Source: Polyangiales bacterium (GTDB lineage Bacteria > Myxococcota_A > Polyangia > Polyangiales > Polyangiaceae). From it: DNA of 64,000 nt. This document shows positions 1-9,471 of the stretch, piece after piece. The DNA lies in the NCBI GenBank assembly GCA_038230375.1, contig JBBRNJ010000007.1, positions 1 to 64,000 of the forward strand, in the 5' to 3' direction. A model generated the notes under the pieces. That model did no database searches. It had not been told where the DNA came from and saw nothing but the letters and a program-made list of their open reading frames with translations. The position numbers and the translations under genes are program-made. Within the stretch, counting starts at the first letter, position 1; each line of letters opens with the position of its first letter.

Positions 1-722
1 CCCGAGCACACGCTGTTCGGATCCTTCTTCGTCACTGGCGGCTTCCACCCGCTCGACGCGCCGGCCGTTGGTACCTTCGGGCCGGTGGCATCCGCAGGCC
101 TCTTTGCACGGGCCAGATCGTCCTCGAGCGTCTTCACGCGGCGCTGCAGATCGTCCGCGGTCGTCTCAGCTCTCACGCGCTTGTCGTGCTCTTCTGCCTG
201 CGCTCGCTGCGCCTCGTCTGCGCGGTGCTCGAACATCTGTCGCTCCGCGTCGCCCTTCGGCCCGATCGCGACCGCGTACACGGTTCCGGCCATCAGCAGC
301 GTCGCGATGATGCCTGTGAAGAGCGCGCCCGCTGCGATCTTCACCGTGCGGTCCTCGCGCGCAACGACGGGGGCCGCGGCGACCGCAGTGCCCTCGAGCC
401 GCGCCAGATCCTTCGCGCGGGCCTCGGACAGCGCGCGCGTCTCCGCTTCCACCCGCGCCTTCACCACGATCGCCTGCTGCATCGCGATGAGCCGCGCCTC
501 TTCCTCTCGCGCCGCCCGCTCCAGTGAGCGCGCTTGCTCCTCGAGCGACTTCGCGTGCGCCGCCTCTGCTTCTCGTGCGCGGAGCCGTTCCTGCTCCTCC
601 GCGCGGGCCGCGGCCTCCTGGCGTCGCGCGCTCTCGGCCTTCTCCTTCGCAATGCGCTCGTCTTCGAGGCGCATGAGATCGTGGAGGGACGTCTGGACCG
701 ACTCTTCGCGATTTGGGCTCAC
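1..722 (-). CDS. Myxobacterial coiled-coil membrane protein (partial, runs off the window's left edge)
   Basis: My translation from GTG at 722 reads MSPNREESVQTSLHDLMRLEDERIAKEKAE..., then an E/A/R-rich coil, one hydrophobic segment (IAAGALFTGIIATLLMAGTVYAVAIG) and a second coil. Absent from the ORF track because no stop falls inside the window. Confidence 0.7.
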   Translation of the reverse strand, partial: MSPNREESVQTSLHDLMRLEDERIAKEKAESARRQEAAARAEEQERLRAREAEAAHAKSLEEQARSLERAAREEEARLIAMQQAIVVKARVEAETRALSEARAKDLARLEGTAVAAAPVVAREDRTVKIAAGALFTGIIATLLMAGTVYAVAIGPKGDAERQMFEHRADEAQRAQAEEHDKRVRAETTADDLQRRVKTLEDDLARAKRPADATGPKVPTAGASSGWKPPVTKKDPNSVCS

Positions 723-777
723 GAAGGTTCGACCACGCGCCCTTCCTCCGCCTTGGTAGAAATCTTCACGGGTGCGA

Positions 778-1941
778 TCAGCCGTCGCGCGCCGCCAGCA
801 GCACCTCGCCCATGAAGCGGAGGAGCGCCCACTGTTCCGCTGCGGTGGGCTTCTTGTCGATCTCGACGTGCACGATGGCCGAGCTCACGAGGACCGTCTG
901 GAGCTTGTTTTCAGGCACATCCTTCGCAAGCCAGCTCGCCTCGGAGGCCGGGATCACCGTGTCGCCCTCGCCGTGCAACACGAAGACCTTTGCCTTCATC
1001 CCCGCCAGATGGCCGTGCGGCGAGACCCGTTCCATGTCGGCCTCGTTCTTGCCGATCTCCGCGAGCAGCTCGGGATCGATCTCCGCAAAGCGCCCATCGA
1101 ACAGTGCCTCCGCCTTCTTGCGCGACACCGGCGACAGCTTCGTCGCGTCCGCCCGCGCCTCCGCCTGCTCCTCGCGAAGCCAGTGACGAAGGGCAGAGCG
1201 CGCCGTCTCCTCTTCCTCCTTCGGAAAGAAATCGCTCACGCGATCATAGACCAGCACCGTGGCGCCGTAGTCGTGCGGCTTGATGGTGGTCGCATGACCA
1301 TCCGCGAACGGCGTTGTCTGATGCGCAAAGAAGCGCGACACACGCGGCACGTCATCATGCGCGCCGACTGCCACCACCACCGACACCATGTCCGCCCAGC
1401 GCGGGTCCGCCGCGGCAATGAGCGACAGTCCGCCGCCGAAGCTCATGCCCATCAGGCCCACCTTCCCGCTCTTCGAGCGGTGCGACATGTAGACCAGCGC
1501 TGCGCCGACCGTCTCGATGGAGCGCGGGTCCACATGGTAGTCCGCCAGCTCCGTGATCTCCGGCGTGAGCACCGCGATCCCCTGACTTGCGACCGCACGC
1601 GAGAACTTGAGGAGGCGCGGCTCCTCGATCCCCTTGTAGTGCACGCCATGGACGATCACGATCACCGGTGGATCGGTGACTCCCGGCGGCGCGAAGAGGC
1701 GGCCGCGCACCGGGCCGCGCTCCGTGGGAATGCTCACGAGCTGTTCGTCAGCCAGCGCGGCCGGCGCCTCCTTCGACGAGAACGTCGTGAGAAGGCTCGC
1801 GGCGTCCACGTGCGCCTGCACCGGCGCGCGCAGCAGCATCACCAGCGCGAAGAGTGCAAGCAACGCAACGAGCACCGGCGTCCGACGACGGCGGGGCGAA
1901 ACGACAGGACGGGCGAGAGCGGACGACATCACGAGCTGCAT
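778..1941 (-). CDS. Alpha/beta-hydrolase fold protein, exported or membrane-anchored
   Basis: N-terminal hydrophobic segment, VIVHG oxyanion motif, GMSFGG nucleophile elbow, LHGEGDTVIP acid motif, C-terminal His (IVHVE); SD AAGGAG upstream. Confidence 0.85.
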   Translation of the reverse strand: MQLVMSSALARPVVSPRRRRTPVLVALLALFALVMLLRAPVQAHVDAASLLTTFSSKEAPAALADEQLVSIPTERGPVRGRLFAPPGVTDPPVIVIVHGVHYKGIEEPRLLKFSRAVASQGIAVLTPEITELADYHVDPRSIETVGAALVYMSHRSKSGKVGLMGMSFGGGLSLIAAADPRWADMVSVVVAVGAHDDVPRVSRFFAHQTTPFADGHATTIKPHDYGATVLVYDRVSDFFPKEEEETARSALRHWLREEQAEARADATKLSPVSRKKAEALFDGRFAEIDPELLAEIGKNEADMERVSPHGHLAGMKAKVFVLHGEGDTVIPASEASWLAKDVPENKLQTVLVSSAIVHVEIDKKPTAAEQWALLRFMGEVLLAARDG

Positions 1942-2086
1942 GACTCTACTTCTCCTTGGAGGCGCGCGCCTGACGACGCGTGTCTCTGTCGAAGTAGACG
2001 CTCTGGAGGGCCAAAACCCTCGTCCGCGGCCCGTAAGGACTTGTCATTCGTTGTAATCGGACAACGAATTCGCCTTCAAAACACGC

Positions 2087-3532
2087 TCAGGGGCAGTCGT
2101 ACTGCGTCCAGGCACCGCTGCTGTTGCGCTTCTTCACCTTGCAGTTGTGCATGCCGTACTTCGAGAGCGAAGAAGCCGGCACCGCCTTGCCGTTGCCGTC
2201 CACCCAGGTGCCGTCGCAGTACAGCGTCGACGAGCTGGGCGTTGATTCTTCGCCGCTGCAGCCATACGCGTTGGTCCGCGAGACACCGGCAGAGTCCGCC
2301 AGCTCCGCAGCGTTCGAGATTCCGCCGTCGCTTCCCTTCGCGCCTGCGTAGCAGGAGTCCACGATGAGCGGACCGGTCTTGCCCATCGTCAGCCCCTTCA
2401 TCGTGGCGCTGTCCGGGATGTCCGTCATGTGGCCAGGAGACCCGTGCGCGCCCACGAGCGTGGCGTCTGCGTGCGTCTTCGCGTAGTCGATGTCATTCTT
2501 GAACGCCGGATCGTTCGGCGTGGAGCTGAACCAGTAGTTGTCGCCCTTGACGCGGGCCTGGCCCTTCGGAGGATCCTTGGTCGGCGTCTGCGTCTTGCTG
2601 TCGTATCCGGCCGGATCGCTCCCGTCGCCGCCGCTTCCAGCGTCGTCCTTGGAGCCGTCGTCGTTGACGTCCTCGTCGGGGTTACCGGTGTCGTTCGAGC
2701 CGTCACTGGTGCTGTCTGGTCCAGCGCCCGTTCCGTCGCCCGAGCCACTACCACCACCGCCAGTATTGAGGACGTGAACGCTCTGCGACTTCACGGAACC
2801 CATGGGTTGGTGCGGCGCTGTCGTGAGCAGGAGTCCGCCATTCGCCTCCACCACCGAAGACAGCCAGATCTGAACCTCGGCCTGATCGATGCGCGCGACA
2901 TAGCCCGCGCTCGACGTCGTGCCCTGGCCCATGAAGACGCCGATCAGCGTCCCGTTCGTGGCCTTCACGCCGCCACCGCCGACCCCGCCGCCCGGCGTGC
3001 CCGACATGCGAAGCGCGAAGGGCCGCCCAGCCGGAGCGTTGCCGTCGAGCGTGAAGGGCTCGCTCTTCGTGGTGTCGGCGCCGGTGCGTCCATAGGCAAC
3101 GGCGTTGCAGCCTGTGCATGCGCCGGCGTTGGTCGTTGCGAAGGTGTTGGTTGCAAGGGGCGCGCGCAAGACGAGCAGTGCGAGGTCGTGCTCCTGGGTG
3201 TGGTCCGCGGCCTGGTTCCAGTCGTACCGAACGACCTGCGACACCTCTGCGCTCTGCCCGCTCGCATCCGGCGCACGTACGCGCGCTGACTTGCTCCCGT
3301 CTGCGCAGTGCGCGGCGGTCAGCACGACGTTCGCGGAGAGCAGCGTGCCTGCGCAGTGCGTCGTTCCCGCTCCTCCGAAGAAGTCGACCGTGACCGCATC
3401 CGCCGCGAGCGCGGGATGGACCGCTGCGTCGTGCGACGGCGGCGTCGAGCTGCATCCCACGGCAAGGGCGGAAGCGATCGCCAGGGTGCCAAAGATGGCG
3501 CGTCGCATCGACACAGACGTCAAGATGGGCAT
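2087..3532 (-). CDS. Lipoprotein with a trypsin-like (S1) domain lacking the catalytic Ser, a D/G/S linker and a C-terminal His-Cys (clan CD-like) domain
   Basis: Lipobox LAVGC; CAGTLLSANVVLTAAHC and HDLALL; GDSGG replaced by GGVGGGG; C-terminal VGAHGSPG ... LIVDSCYAG. Confidence 0.75.
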   Translation of the reverse strand: MPILTSVSMRRAIFGTLAIASALAVGCSSTPPSHDAAVHPALAADAVTVDFFGGAGTTHCAGTLLSANVVLTAAHCADGSKSARVRAPDASGQSAEVSQVVRYDWNQAADHTQEHDLALLVLRAPLATNTFATTNAGACTGCNAVAYGRTGADTTKSEPFTLDGNAPAGRPFALRMSGTPGGGVGGGGVKATNGTLIGVFMGQGTTSSAGYVARIDQAEVQIWLSSVVEANGGLLLTTAPHQPMGSVKSQSVHVLNTGGGGSGSGDGTGAGPDSTSDGSNDTGNPDEDVNDDGSKDDAGSGGDGSDPAGYDSKTQTPTKDPPKGQARVKGDNYWFSSTPNDPAFKNDIDYAKTHADATLVGAHGSPGHMTDIPDSATMKGLTMGKTGPLIVDSCYAGAKGSDGGISNAAELADSAGVSRTNAYGCSGEESTPSSSTLYCDGTWVDGNGKAVPASSLSKYGMHNCKVKKRNSSGAWTQYDCP

Positions 3533-3677
3533 TGCTCAGTGATACGCGCCTGGGACCAGGCTAGTTCCCCCGATCTCGGGCGATGTGCGCTTTTCGTGCG
3601 GGACGCCGGATCTTCGGCGATCCACATGAAGCGGCCGTCGCGCAGCAAAGTGGGCAGCTTCGACGTAGAATCATCGC

Positions 3678-4868
3678 GTGGAGCGGCCCCGCGTCATCTT
3701 GCACGTCGACATGGATGCGTTCTTCGCCTCCGTGGAGATCAAGGATGATCCCAGCCTGCGCGGAAAGCCCGTGGTGGTCGGCGGTGCATCGCGGCGCGGT
3801 GTCGTCGCGGCCGCCTCGTACGAGGCGCGAAAGTTTGGCGTGTACTCCGCCATGTCCATGGCCGACGCGCTCCGCCGATGTCCGCAGGCTGTCGTCGTCA
3901 CTCCGCACCGCGAGCGCTACGAGGAGGAGAGCGCAAAGGTGTTCGCCGTCTTCCGCGAGTTCACGCCCCTGGTCGAAGGCCTCAGCGTGGACGAAGCCTT
4001 CCTCGACGTGACCGAGAGCCAGTCGCTCTTCGGTGACGGTAAGGCGATCGCACGCCGCATCAAGGACGGCATCACGGCGGCCACGGGTCTCACGGGATCC
4101 GCAGGCGTCGCGCGCTCCAAGTTCGTCGCGAAGATCGCGAGCGACATGGACAAGCCCGACGGCCTGACCGTGGTGCCCGAGGAAGTGGCGGAGTTCCTGG
4201 CGCCGCTCCCCATCGAGCGCATGTGGCGCATCGGGAAGCGCGCAGGCCCGCTGCTGCGTGCGCACGGCATCCGGACGTTCGGTGAGATCTCACGCGCCGA
4301 CCCGCGCACGCTCGAGCGGCTGCTGGGAAGCTTTGGCGCACTGGCGCAGGAGCTCGCACGCGGCGTGGACGACCGCGCCGTGGAGCCCGACGGCGAGGCC
4401 AAGTCCGTGAGCGCAGAGTCCACGTTCGAGGAGGACCTCACGACGACCGATGCGATCGAGCGCGCACTGCTGGCCCACGCCGAGCGCGTGGCGCCCCGAC
4501 TCACGGACGACGACATCTACTGCGAGAGCGTCGTTGTGAAGCTGAAATACGCGGACTTCACGATCGAAACGCGGCAGATGCGGATCGAGCCCGCCCGCGA
4601 CATCCAGTCCATCTACCAGACCGCGAAGGAGCTCTTGCGGCGCTTCTCGCTCGCCGGTCGCCGTGTGCGGCTCGTGGGCGTGGGCGTGAAGGATCTCTCC
4701 CACGGCACGCCGCCACCCAACCTCTTCTCGCGTGACGCCGTCGCCCGGAAGGGCGCTCTGTCCGACGTCACCGCGGAGATCAAGAAGCGCTACGGCCAGA
4801 GCGGCATCACGCACGCGGAGCTACTCGCCCTCGACAACGAGACGGTGCCCGCCAAAGAACGCGTGTAG
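3678..4868 (+). CDS. dinB: DNA polymerase IV (Y family)
   Basis: ILHVDMDAFFASVE, AASYEARKFGV, SVDEAFLD, KIASDMDKPDG, little-finger KSVSAESTF. Confidence 0.97.
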   Translation: MERPRVILHVDMDAFFASVEIKDDPSLRGKPVVVGGASRRGVVAAASYEARKFGVYSAMSMADALRRCPQAVVVTPHRERYEEESAKVFAVFREFTPLVEGLSVDEAFLDVTESQSLFGDGKAIARRIKDGITAATGLTGSAGVARSKFVAKIASDMDKPDGLTVVPEEVAEFLAPLPIERMWRIGKRAGPLLRAHGIRTFGEISRADPRTLERLLGSFGALAQELARGVDDRAVEPDGEAKSVSAESTFEEDLTTTDAIERALLAHAERVAPRLTDDDIYCESVVVKLKYADFTIETRQMRIEPARDIQSIYQTAKELLRRFSLAGRRVRLVGVGVKDLSHGTPPPNLFSRDAVARKGALSDVTAEIKKRYGQSGITHAELLALDNETVPAKERV

Positions 4869-4869
4869 T

Positions 4870-5628
4870 TTACAAGAAACAGCCGAAGACGTCGTTCTGG
4901 AGCTTGCAGGTCTTCTTGCCCAGGCACGTGTCGGACTGGACGAATTTCTGTCCGTCGCACTTCAGGAGCGACTTCGAGTCCATGGCGCAGCCGTAGTGAT
5001 CCTTGCCGGGCGTGGCCATGCAGGGGTCGCCCACGTCACTCAGCGCGTCGTCGCAACGCACCGCGGTGCCGCTGACGGTGCAGCCCTTCGGGCCCTTGCA
5101 CGGCAGGGTGGACGTCATCTTGCCGCCCTTGCATACGAGCGACGACTTGCCGTCGGTGGAGCAGGCGGCGTCCCCCTCTTGTGTGCACGGATCCCCGGCG
5201 GCGCTGGTGCTGTTGTCGCACGCGGCTTCCTTGTCGCGTACGCAGCCAGCGGGACCAAGGCACGTCTCCACGGTCGCGTACTTGTACTTCACGCACCGGA
5301 CCATGGACTTCTTGTCCGCGGTGCACGAGTGATCGTCCTGGATGGTGCACACGTCGCCGCTCTCGGCGGTGACGTGATCGCACTCCCCGTCATTGCCCTT
5401 CTGGGTACAGCCCTTCGCTCCCTTGCAGACCTCCTTCTCCCACTTGCCGTTGTGGCAGGCGAGCGCGGTCTTCGGGTCGTCGCAGGTCAGCTTTGCTTCA
5501 ATTTTACAGTCGCCGCCCTCCTTCGCCTTGCAACCAGCGGCAGATGCGGTAACGACCAGCGCGACCAGGGCGAGCATGCCAGCCTGAACAAGGTCGAGTC
5601 TGGTGCGGGCGGGGCCGCGATAGATCAT
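4870..5628 (-). CDS. Cys-rich repeat lipoprotein
   Basis: Lipobox AAGC after a hydrophobic stretch; four units like C..(E)gd..C..D.K..l.C...K......C.G.kgC. Start taken at ATG 5628, which is preceded by TACCAT-N7. Confidence 0.75.
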   Translation of the reverse strand: MIYRGPARTRLDLVQAGMLALVALVVTASAAGCKAKEGGDCKIEAKLTCDDPKTALACHNGKWEKEVCKGAKGCTQKGNDGECDHVTAESGDVCTIQDDHSCTADKKSMVRCVKYKYATVETCLGPAGCVRDKEAACDNSTSAAGDPCTQEGDAACSTDGKSSLVCKGGKMTSTLPCKGPKGCTVSGTAVRCDDALSDVGDPCMATPGKDHYGCAMDSKSLLKCDGQKFVQSDTCLGKKTCKLQNDVFGCFL

Positions 5629-5728
5629 GGAGGCGATGGTATGACAGTGGCCGCGAAGATGCAGATTTTTGGCGCCCGATCCTTGCTTGGGTCCCACGCG
5701 GATCGAGGATAGTCTTTTCAGAATCGGC

Positions 5729-7294
5729 ATGAAGAGCGTTCGCCCATCTGGGCCGCCGGCGCAGCTGGGGCTCGACCCATCCACGGAGGACGGGTTCGTG
5801 CTCGCGCGCATCGATCAGCGGCGCACGCTCCGCGAGATCGCCGAGATGTCCGGCATGCCGCTCGAGCGCGTGAACCGCATCGTCGATCGTCTGGTGCGGC
5901 GCGGCGCCGTTCAACCCGTGCCGCCGGACGAGCCACCGTCGCGCGCTGCGCTGCCCGCGGACGAGTCAGGCGCATACACGTACGCGGCGCTCGGCGCGCC
6001 GATCCCGGAGGACGAGCCCTCCGGTGATCTCTTCGAGCAGTCTGCGATGCAGCGCGAGGCGGGGGTCTACGCGCCGCAGCCCTACGACCTGTCGGACGTG
6101 CCGGAGTACGAGCCATCGCAGCCGGCGTTCGAGCACGACGAGCGCACCATCGCGTCTCCGTCGGCGTTCCCGGAAGGAGAGGCAGAGGACCCGGACGACA
6201 TCCCCTACGAGCCGCCGCCGCTGATGCCCTACTACGTCGCGCGCGAGTCCGGCGCGCCGCCCGAGGACGAGGTCCCGTGGGGCGAGCAGCTGGACGCGGC
6301 GCCCGACGATCCAGCAAACGTCCTCCTGGGCGACGGCGATGCGATCTCGCAGGACGAGGCGCAGGAGTATGCGGCGGCATTCGCGAACGGCCTCTCGGGC
6401 ATGGCGAAGGCTGCAGACACGAATCCGGCGCTCCCCGACGTGGAAGACACGGGGCCCATGGAGCTCGAAGAGCTGCCCGACGACGCAGAGGTCGCTGGGG
6501 TGGTGGTCGCCGAGGCGCTCGACGACTCCGAGGACGCCGCTGCTGCGAGCAGCAACAGGGAGCCCGAGCCCACCGAAGCGGAGCAGGCGACGGAGCGCAA
6601 CTACCGCAAGATCTACGAGACCAAGTTCCACAAGCTGATGCCCGACATCCGCGCCGGTCTCGCGCCCAAGGTCAGCGGCCCCGATCTGTCGGCGCTCTGC
6701 CTTGATCCGGATCCGAAGGTCATCGCCGCGGTCATGACGAACAGCACGTTCGGTCTGGACCACGCACGGCTCATTGCGTTCCACCACCGCACGCCGGCAG
6801 GCCTGGACCAGGTCGCGTCTCGCAACGACCTCGTCCGCGACGGCCTGGTCTTCCGCCGCCTGATCCGCAACACGCAGCTGTCCGCGGGCACGCTCCGCCG
6901 CATCGTGCAGCCGCGCCGCCTGATCGAGATCTACAAGTGGGCGATCGACCGCGAGCTGCCAGAGAACACGCGCAACAGCACGCGCGGCCTGCTCCGCACC
7001 AAGTTCACGTCGCAGGCGCAGCCGGAAGAGCGCGCGGAGCTCATCGTCAACACGGAGGCGCGCGTGCTGCAGTCGCTGTCTGGCTGCACGATCGACGGAC
7101 GCACCACGCAGATCCTCTGCGGTCGCCAGGTCTACTCGGCGATGTTCGTGCAGAACGTGGCGCGCTTCGGCGCGGCACCGCCCATGCTGCTTGCCCACCT
7201 GGTGAAGCAGCCGTTCGTGAAGCGCAACGCAGGGCTGAAGAAGGCGCTCATGCAGCACCCGAACATGCCGGGCGACGTGAAGCGTTCAATGTAG
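5729..7294 (+). CDS. Hypothetical protein: N-terminal winged-helix-like domain, acidic linker, C-terminal helical-repeat domain
   Basis: GFVLARIDQRRTLREIAEMSGMPLERVNRIVDRLVRRG is HTH-like; long D/E/P/A-rich middle; helical C-terminus ending HPNMPGDVKR. Confidence 0.7.
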   Translation: MKSVRPSGPPAQLGLDPSTEDGFVLARIDQRRTLREIAEMSGMPLERVNRIVDRLVRRGAVQPVPPDEPPSRAALPADESGAYTYAALGAPIPEDEPSGDLFEQSAMQREAGVYAPQPYDLSDVPEYEPSQPAFEHDERTIASPSAFPEGEAEDPDDIPYEPPPLMPYYVARESGAPPEDEVPWGEQLDAAPDDPANVLLGDGDAISQDEAQEYAAAFANGLSGMAKAADTNPALPDVEDTGPMELEELPDDAEVAGVVVAEALDDSEDAAAASSNREPEPTEAEQATERNYRKIYETKFHKLMPDIRAGLAPKVSGPDLSALCLDPDPKVIAAVMTNSTFGLDHARLIAFHHRTPAGLDQVASRNDLVRDGLVFRRLIRNTQLSAGTLRRIVQPRRLIEIYKWAIDRELPENTRNSTRGLLRTKFTSQAQPEERAELIVNTEARVLQSLSGCTIDGRTTQILCGRQVYSAMFVQNVARFGAAPPMLLAHLVKQPFVKRNAGLKKALMQHPNMPGDVKRSM

Positions 7295-7334
7295 TCTGCA
7301 ACTACTTCGGCGGAGCACTGGGCAGAAGCAGCGT

Positions 7335-9455
7335 TCAGGTACGGAAGACCTCCACCGGTGTGCCGTTGAGCGCGGCGTTTCCGGTGAGGTGATCCACGCG
7401 GTGCTCGTCCGTCAGATCGTTCAGGCTGACGCCCGCGTTCTCCGTGGCGCCTGCGACGGACAAGCGCGTGCCTTCGCGTCCGTGTCCAAAGCCGTGCGGC
7501 AGGCTGACGACGCCCTCCATGATCTCGTCCGAGATCTCCACGGGGACGTGCACCTCGCCGCGGGCGCTCTTCATGCGCACCTGGTCGCCTTCGCGCACGC
7601 CGCGCGCCTCTGCGTCCTTCGGGTGGATGAGGAGCGTGCAGCGGCGCTTGCCTTTCACGAGGCGTGCGCTGTTGTGCAGCCAGGAGTTGTTGGAGCGCAG
7701 GTGGCGGCGGCCGATGAGGAGCAGGTCAGGAGCCTTTGCAAGGAGCCGCTCCTCGAGCAGGTCGACCTCGCGCACGAATGAAGGCGGCGCGAGCTCCACG
7801 CACCGATGCGGCGTTCGAAGCATTCCTTCCAGCACGGGCACGAGCGGCCCCAGGTCCATTCCGTGCGGGTTTTCTCGTAGCTTTGCGACGGACATGCCGC
7901 CCCTGCCCATGCCGTACGGCCCCGTGCGCAAGAGCGCATCCACGAAGCGTTCGGGGAGCTTCACTACGCTACCGAGCACATTCGCCAACCCCGCCATGCC
8001 CGGGAGCGACAGGCGAAGCCGCTGTCCGAGCGCGAGCATGATCTCGCCGTCGTCTTTCTCGTTCGCGGCCTTCGGCACGGGCGCGTCCACCCACTTCGCC
8101 ACGTTGCGCACGGCGAACGCGTTCAGCGCCAGATCGTAGTGGGAACGCGAGAGCGGCGCACACGGCGGCAGGATCACGTGCGCGTGTCGCGTGGTCTCGT
8201 TCAGGTAGCCGTCGATCGAGACCATGTGCTCCAGACCGCGCAGCGCGCGATCGAGCCGGTTGCCGTTCGGCGTGGAGAGCACGGGATTTCCTGCCGAGGT
8301 GATGAGCGCGCGGACCTGGCCTTCGCCGGGCGTCTCGATCTCCTCCGACAGGGCGGCCACTGGCAGCTCGCCGCCCGTCTCTGGCAGTCCGCGCACGCGC
8401 GAGCGAAAGCGATTCACGCCGCCCGCGCCGAGCATGTCTGCGACGCCCACGAGATCGGCCGCGGGCCTGGTCCACATCAAGCCGCCTTCTCTGTCCATAT
8501 TGCCGGTGACTGCGGCAAGGGCGTAGGCGAGCCACGACGTGAGCGTGCCGTTCTCTTGCAGGCACGTGCCCACGCGCGGGTAGCAGACCGCGGTGCTTGC
8601 CTGCGCAAAGTCGCGCGCGAGCGTTCGGACCTTCTCCGCGTCCACGCCCGTGTGCGGCTGCGTTCGCTCCGGCGGGAAGCGCGCGGCCAGCCCTTCGAGC
8701 ACGCTGAGGCGCGAGAGCCGGAGCGTGGAATTCCTGCCGAGCCCCTCGGCGAAGATCACGTGCAACAAGGAGAAGAGGAAGAGCGCGTCCGTTCCGGGGC
8801 GAAGGAACACGTGCTCGGTGGCAATGTCCGCGGTCTCGGTTCGCCGCGGATCCACCACGACCACCTTGCCGCCGCGCGCGATGATCTTCGCGATGCGCGA
8901 CTTCACGTCCGGCGCAGTCATGATGCTGCCGTTCGACACTGCGGGGTTCGCGCCCAGCACCAGGAAGAAGGCAGTGCGATCGATGTCCGGCACGGGCATG
9001 AAGAACACGTGGCCGAACATCTCGTAGGCGGCGCGCATGTGCGGCACCTGGTCCACGGACGACGCCGCGTAGAGGTTCTTCGTGCCCAGCGTGCGAAGCA
9101 CGAGCTGGCCCATGGTCATGAGCCCAAGGTTGTGCGCCGTGGGATTGCCCTGATACACGGCGACCGCATCCACGCCGTGGCGGTTCTTCACGCGGAGGAT
9201 GCCCTGCGCGGCGAAGTCGAGCGCCTCTTCCCAGCTTGCCTCGCGGAAGTCACCGGCCTCGCGCACGAGCGGCGTCTTCAGCCGATCGGGATCGTTCGAG
9301 AGGTCCTGCATGCCCACGACCTTGGGGCACACGTAGCCGTGGCTGATGGGGTCGTCGTCGTCGCCGCGTACGGAGACCGCGACGCCGTCCTCCACGTCCA
9401 CGACGATGCCGCAGCACGCCTCACACAGCATGCAGGTGCCGAGCTTCTTCGCCAT
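7335..9455 (-). CDS. Molybdopterin (bis-MGD) oxidoreductase catalytic subunit, probably cytoplasmic
   Basis: N-terminal CMLCEACC...CPK Fe-S motif, DPDRLKTPL, GANPAVSNGS, VVVDPRRTETA, NETTRHAHVILP, C-terminal IHPKDAEARGV; no Tat signal. Confidence 0.92.
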   Translation of the reverse strand: MAKKLGTCMLCEACCGIVVDVEDGVAVSVRGDDDDPISHGYVCPKVVGMQDLSNDPDRLKTPLVREAGDFREASWEEALDFAAQGILRVKNRHGVDAVAVYQGNPTAHNLGLMTMGQLVLRTLGTKNLYAASSVDQVPHMRAAYEMFGHVFFMPVPDIDRTAFFLVLGANPAVSNGSIMTAPDVKSRIAKIIARGGKVVVVDPRRTETADIATEHVFLRPGTDALFLFSLLHVIFAEGLGRNSTLRLSRLSVLEGLAARFPPERTQPHTGVDAEKVRTLARDFAQASTAVCYPRVGTCLQENGTLTSWLAYALAAVTGNMDREGGLMWTRPAADLVGVADMLGAGGVNRFRSRVRGLPETGGELPVAALSEEIETPGEGQVRALITSAGNPVLSTPNGNRLDRALRGLEHMVSIDGYLNETTRHAHVILPPCAPLSRSHYDLALNAFAVRNVAKWVDAPVPKAANEKDDGEIMLALGQRLRLSLPGMAGLANVLGSVVKLPERFVDALLRTGPYGMGRGGMSVAKLRENPHGMDLGPLVPVLEGMLRTPHRCVELAPPSFVREVDLLEERLLAKAPDLLLIGRRHLRSNNSWLHNSARLVKGKRRCTLLIHPKDAEARGVREGDQVRMKSARGEVHVPVEISDEIMEGVVSLPHGFGHGREGTRLSVAGATENAGVSLNDLTDEHRVDHLTGNAALNGTPVEVFRT

Positions 9456-9471
9456 GGGCACGAGCCTAGCG

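Noticed and set aside
772..2367. Long antisense or alternate-frame ORFs here and elsewhere (e.g. 14732-17026, 31466-33841, 56429-58213)
   Set aside because: They are shadows of real genes caused by high-GC codon bias; R/A/H-rich with no motifs.
3540..3677. LexA/SOS box upstream of dinB
   Set aside because: No match to the Myxococcus-type or other boxes I recall, nor to the 13116-13199 palindrome.
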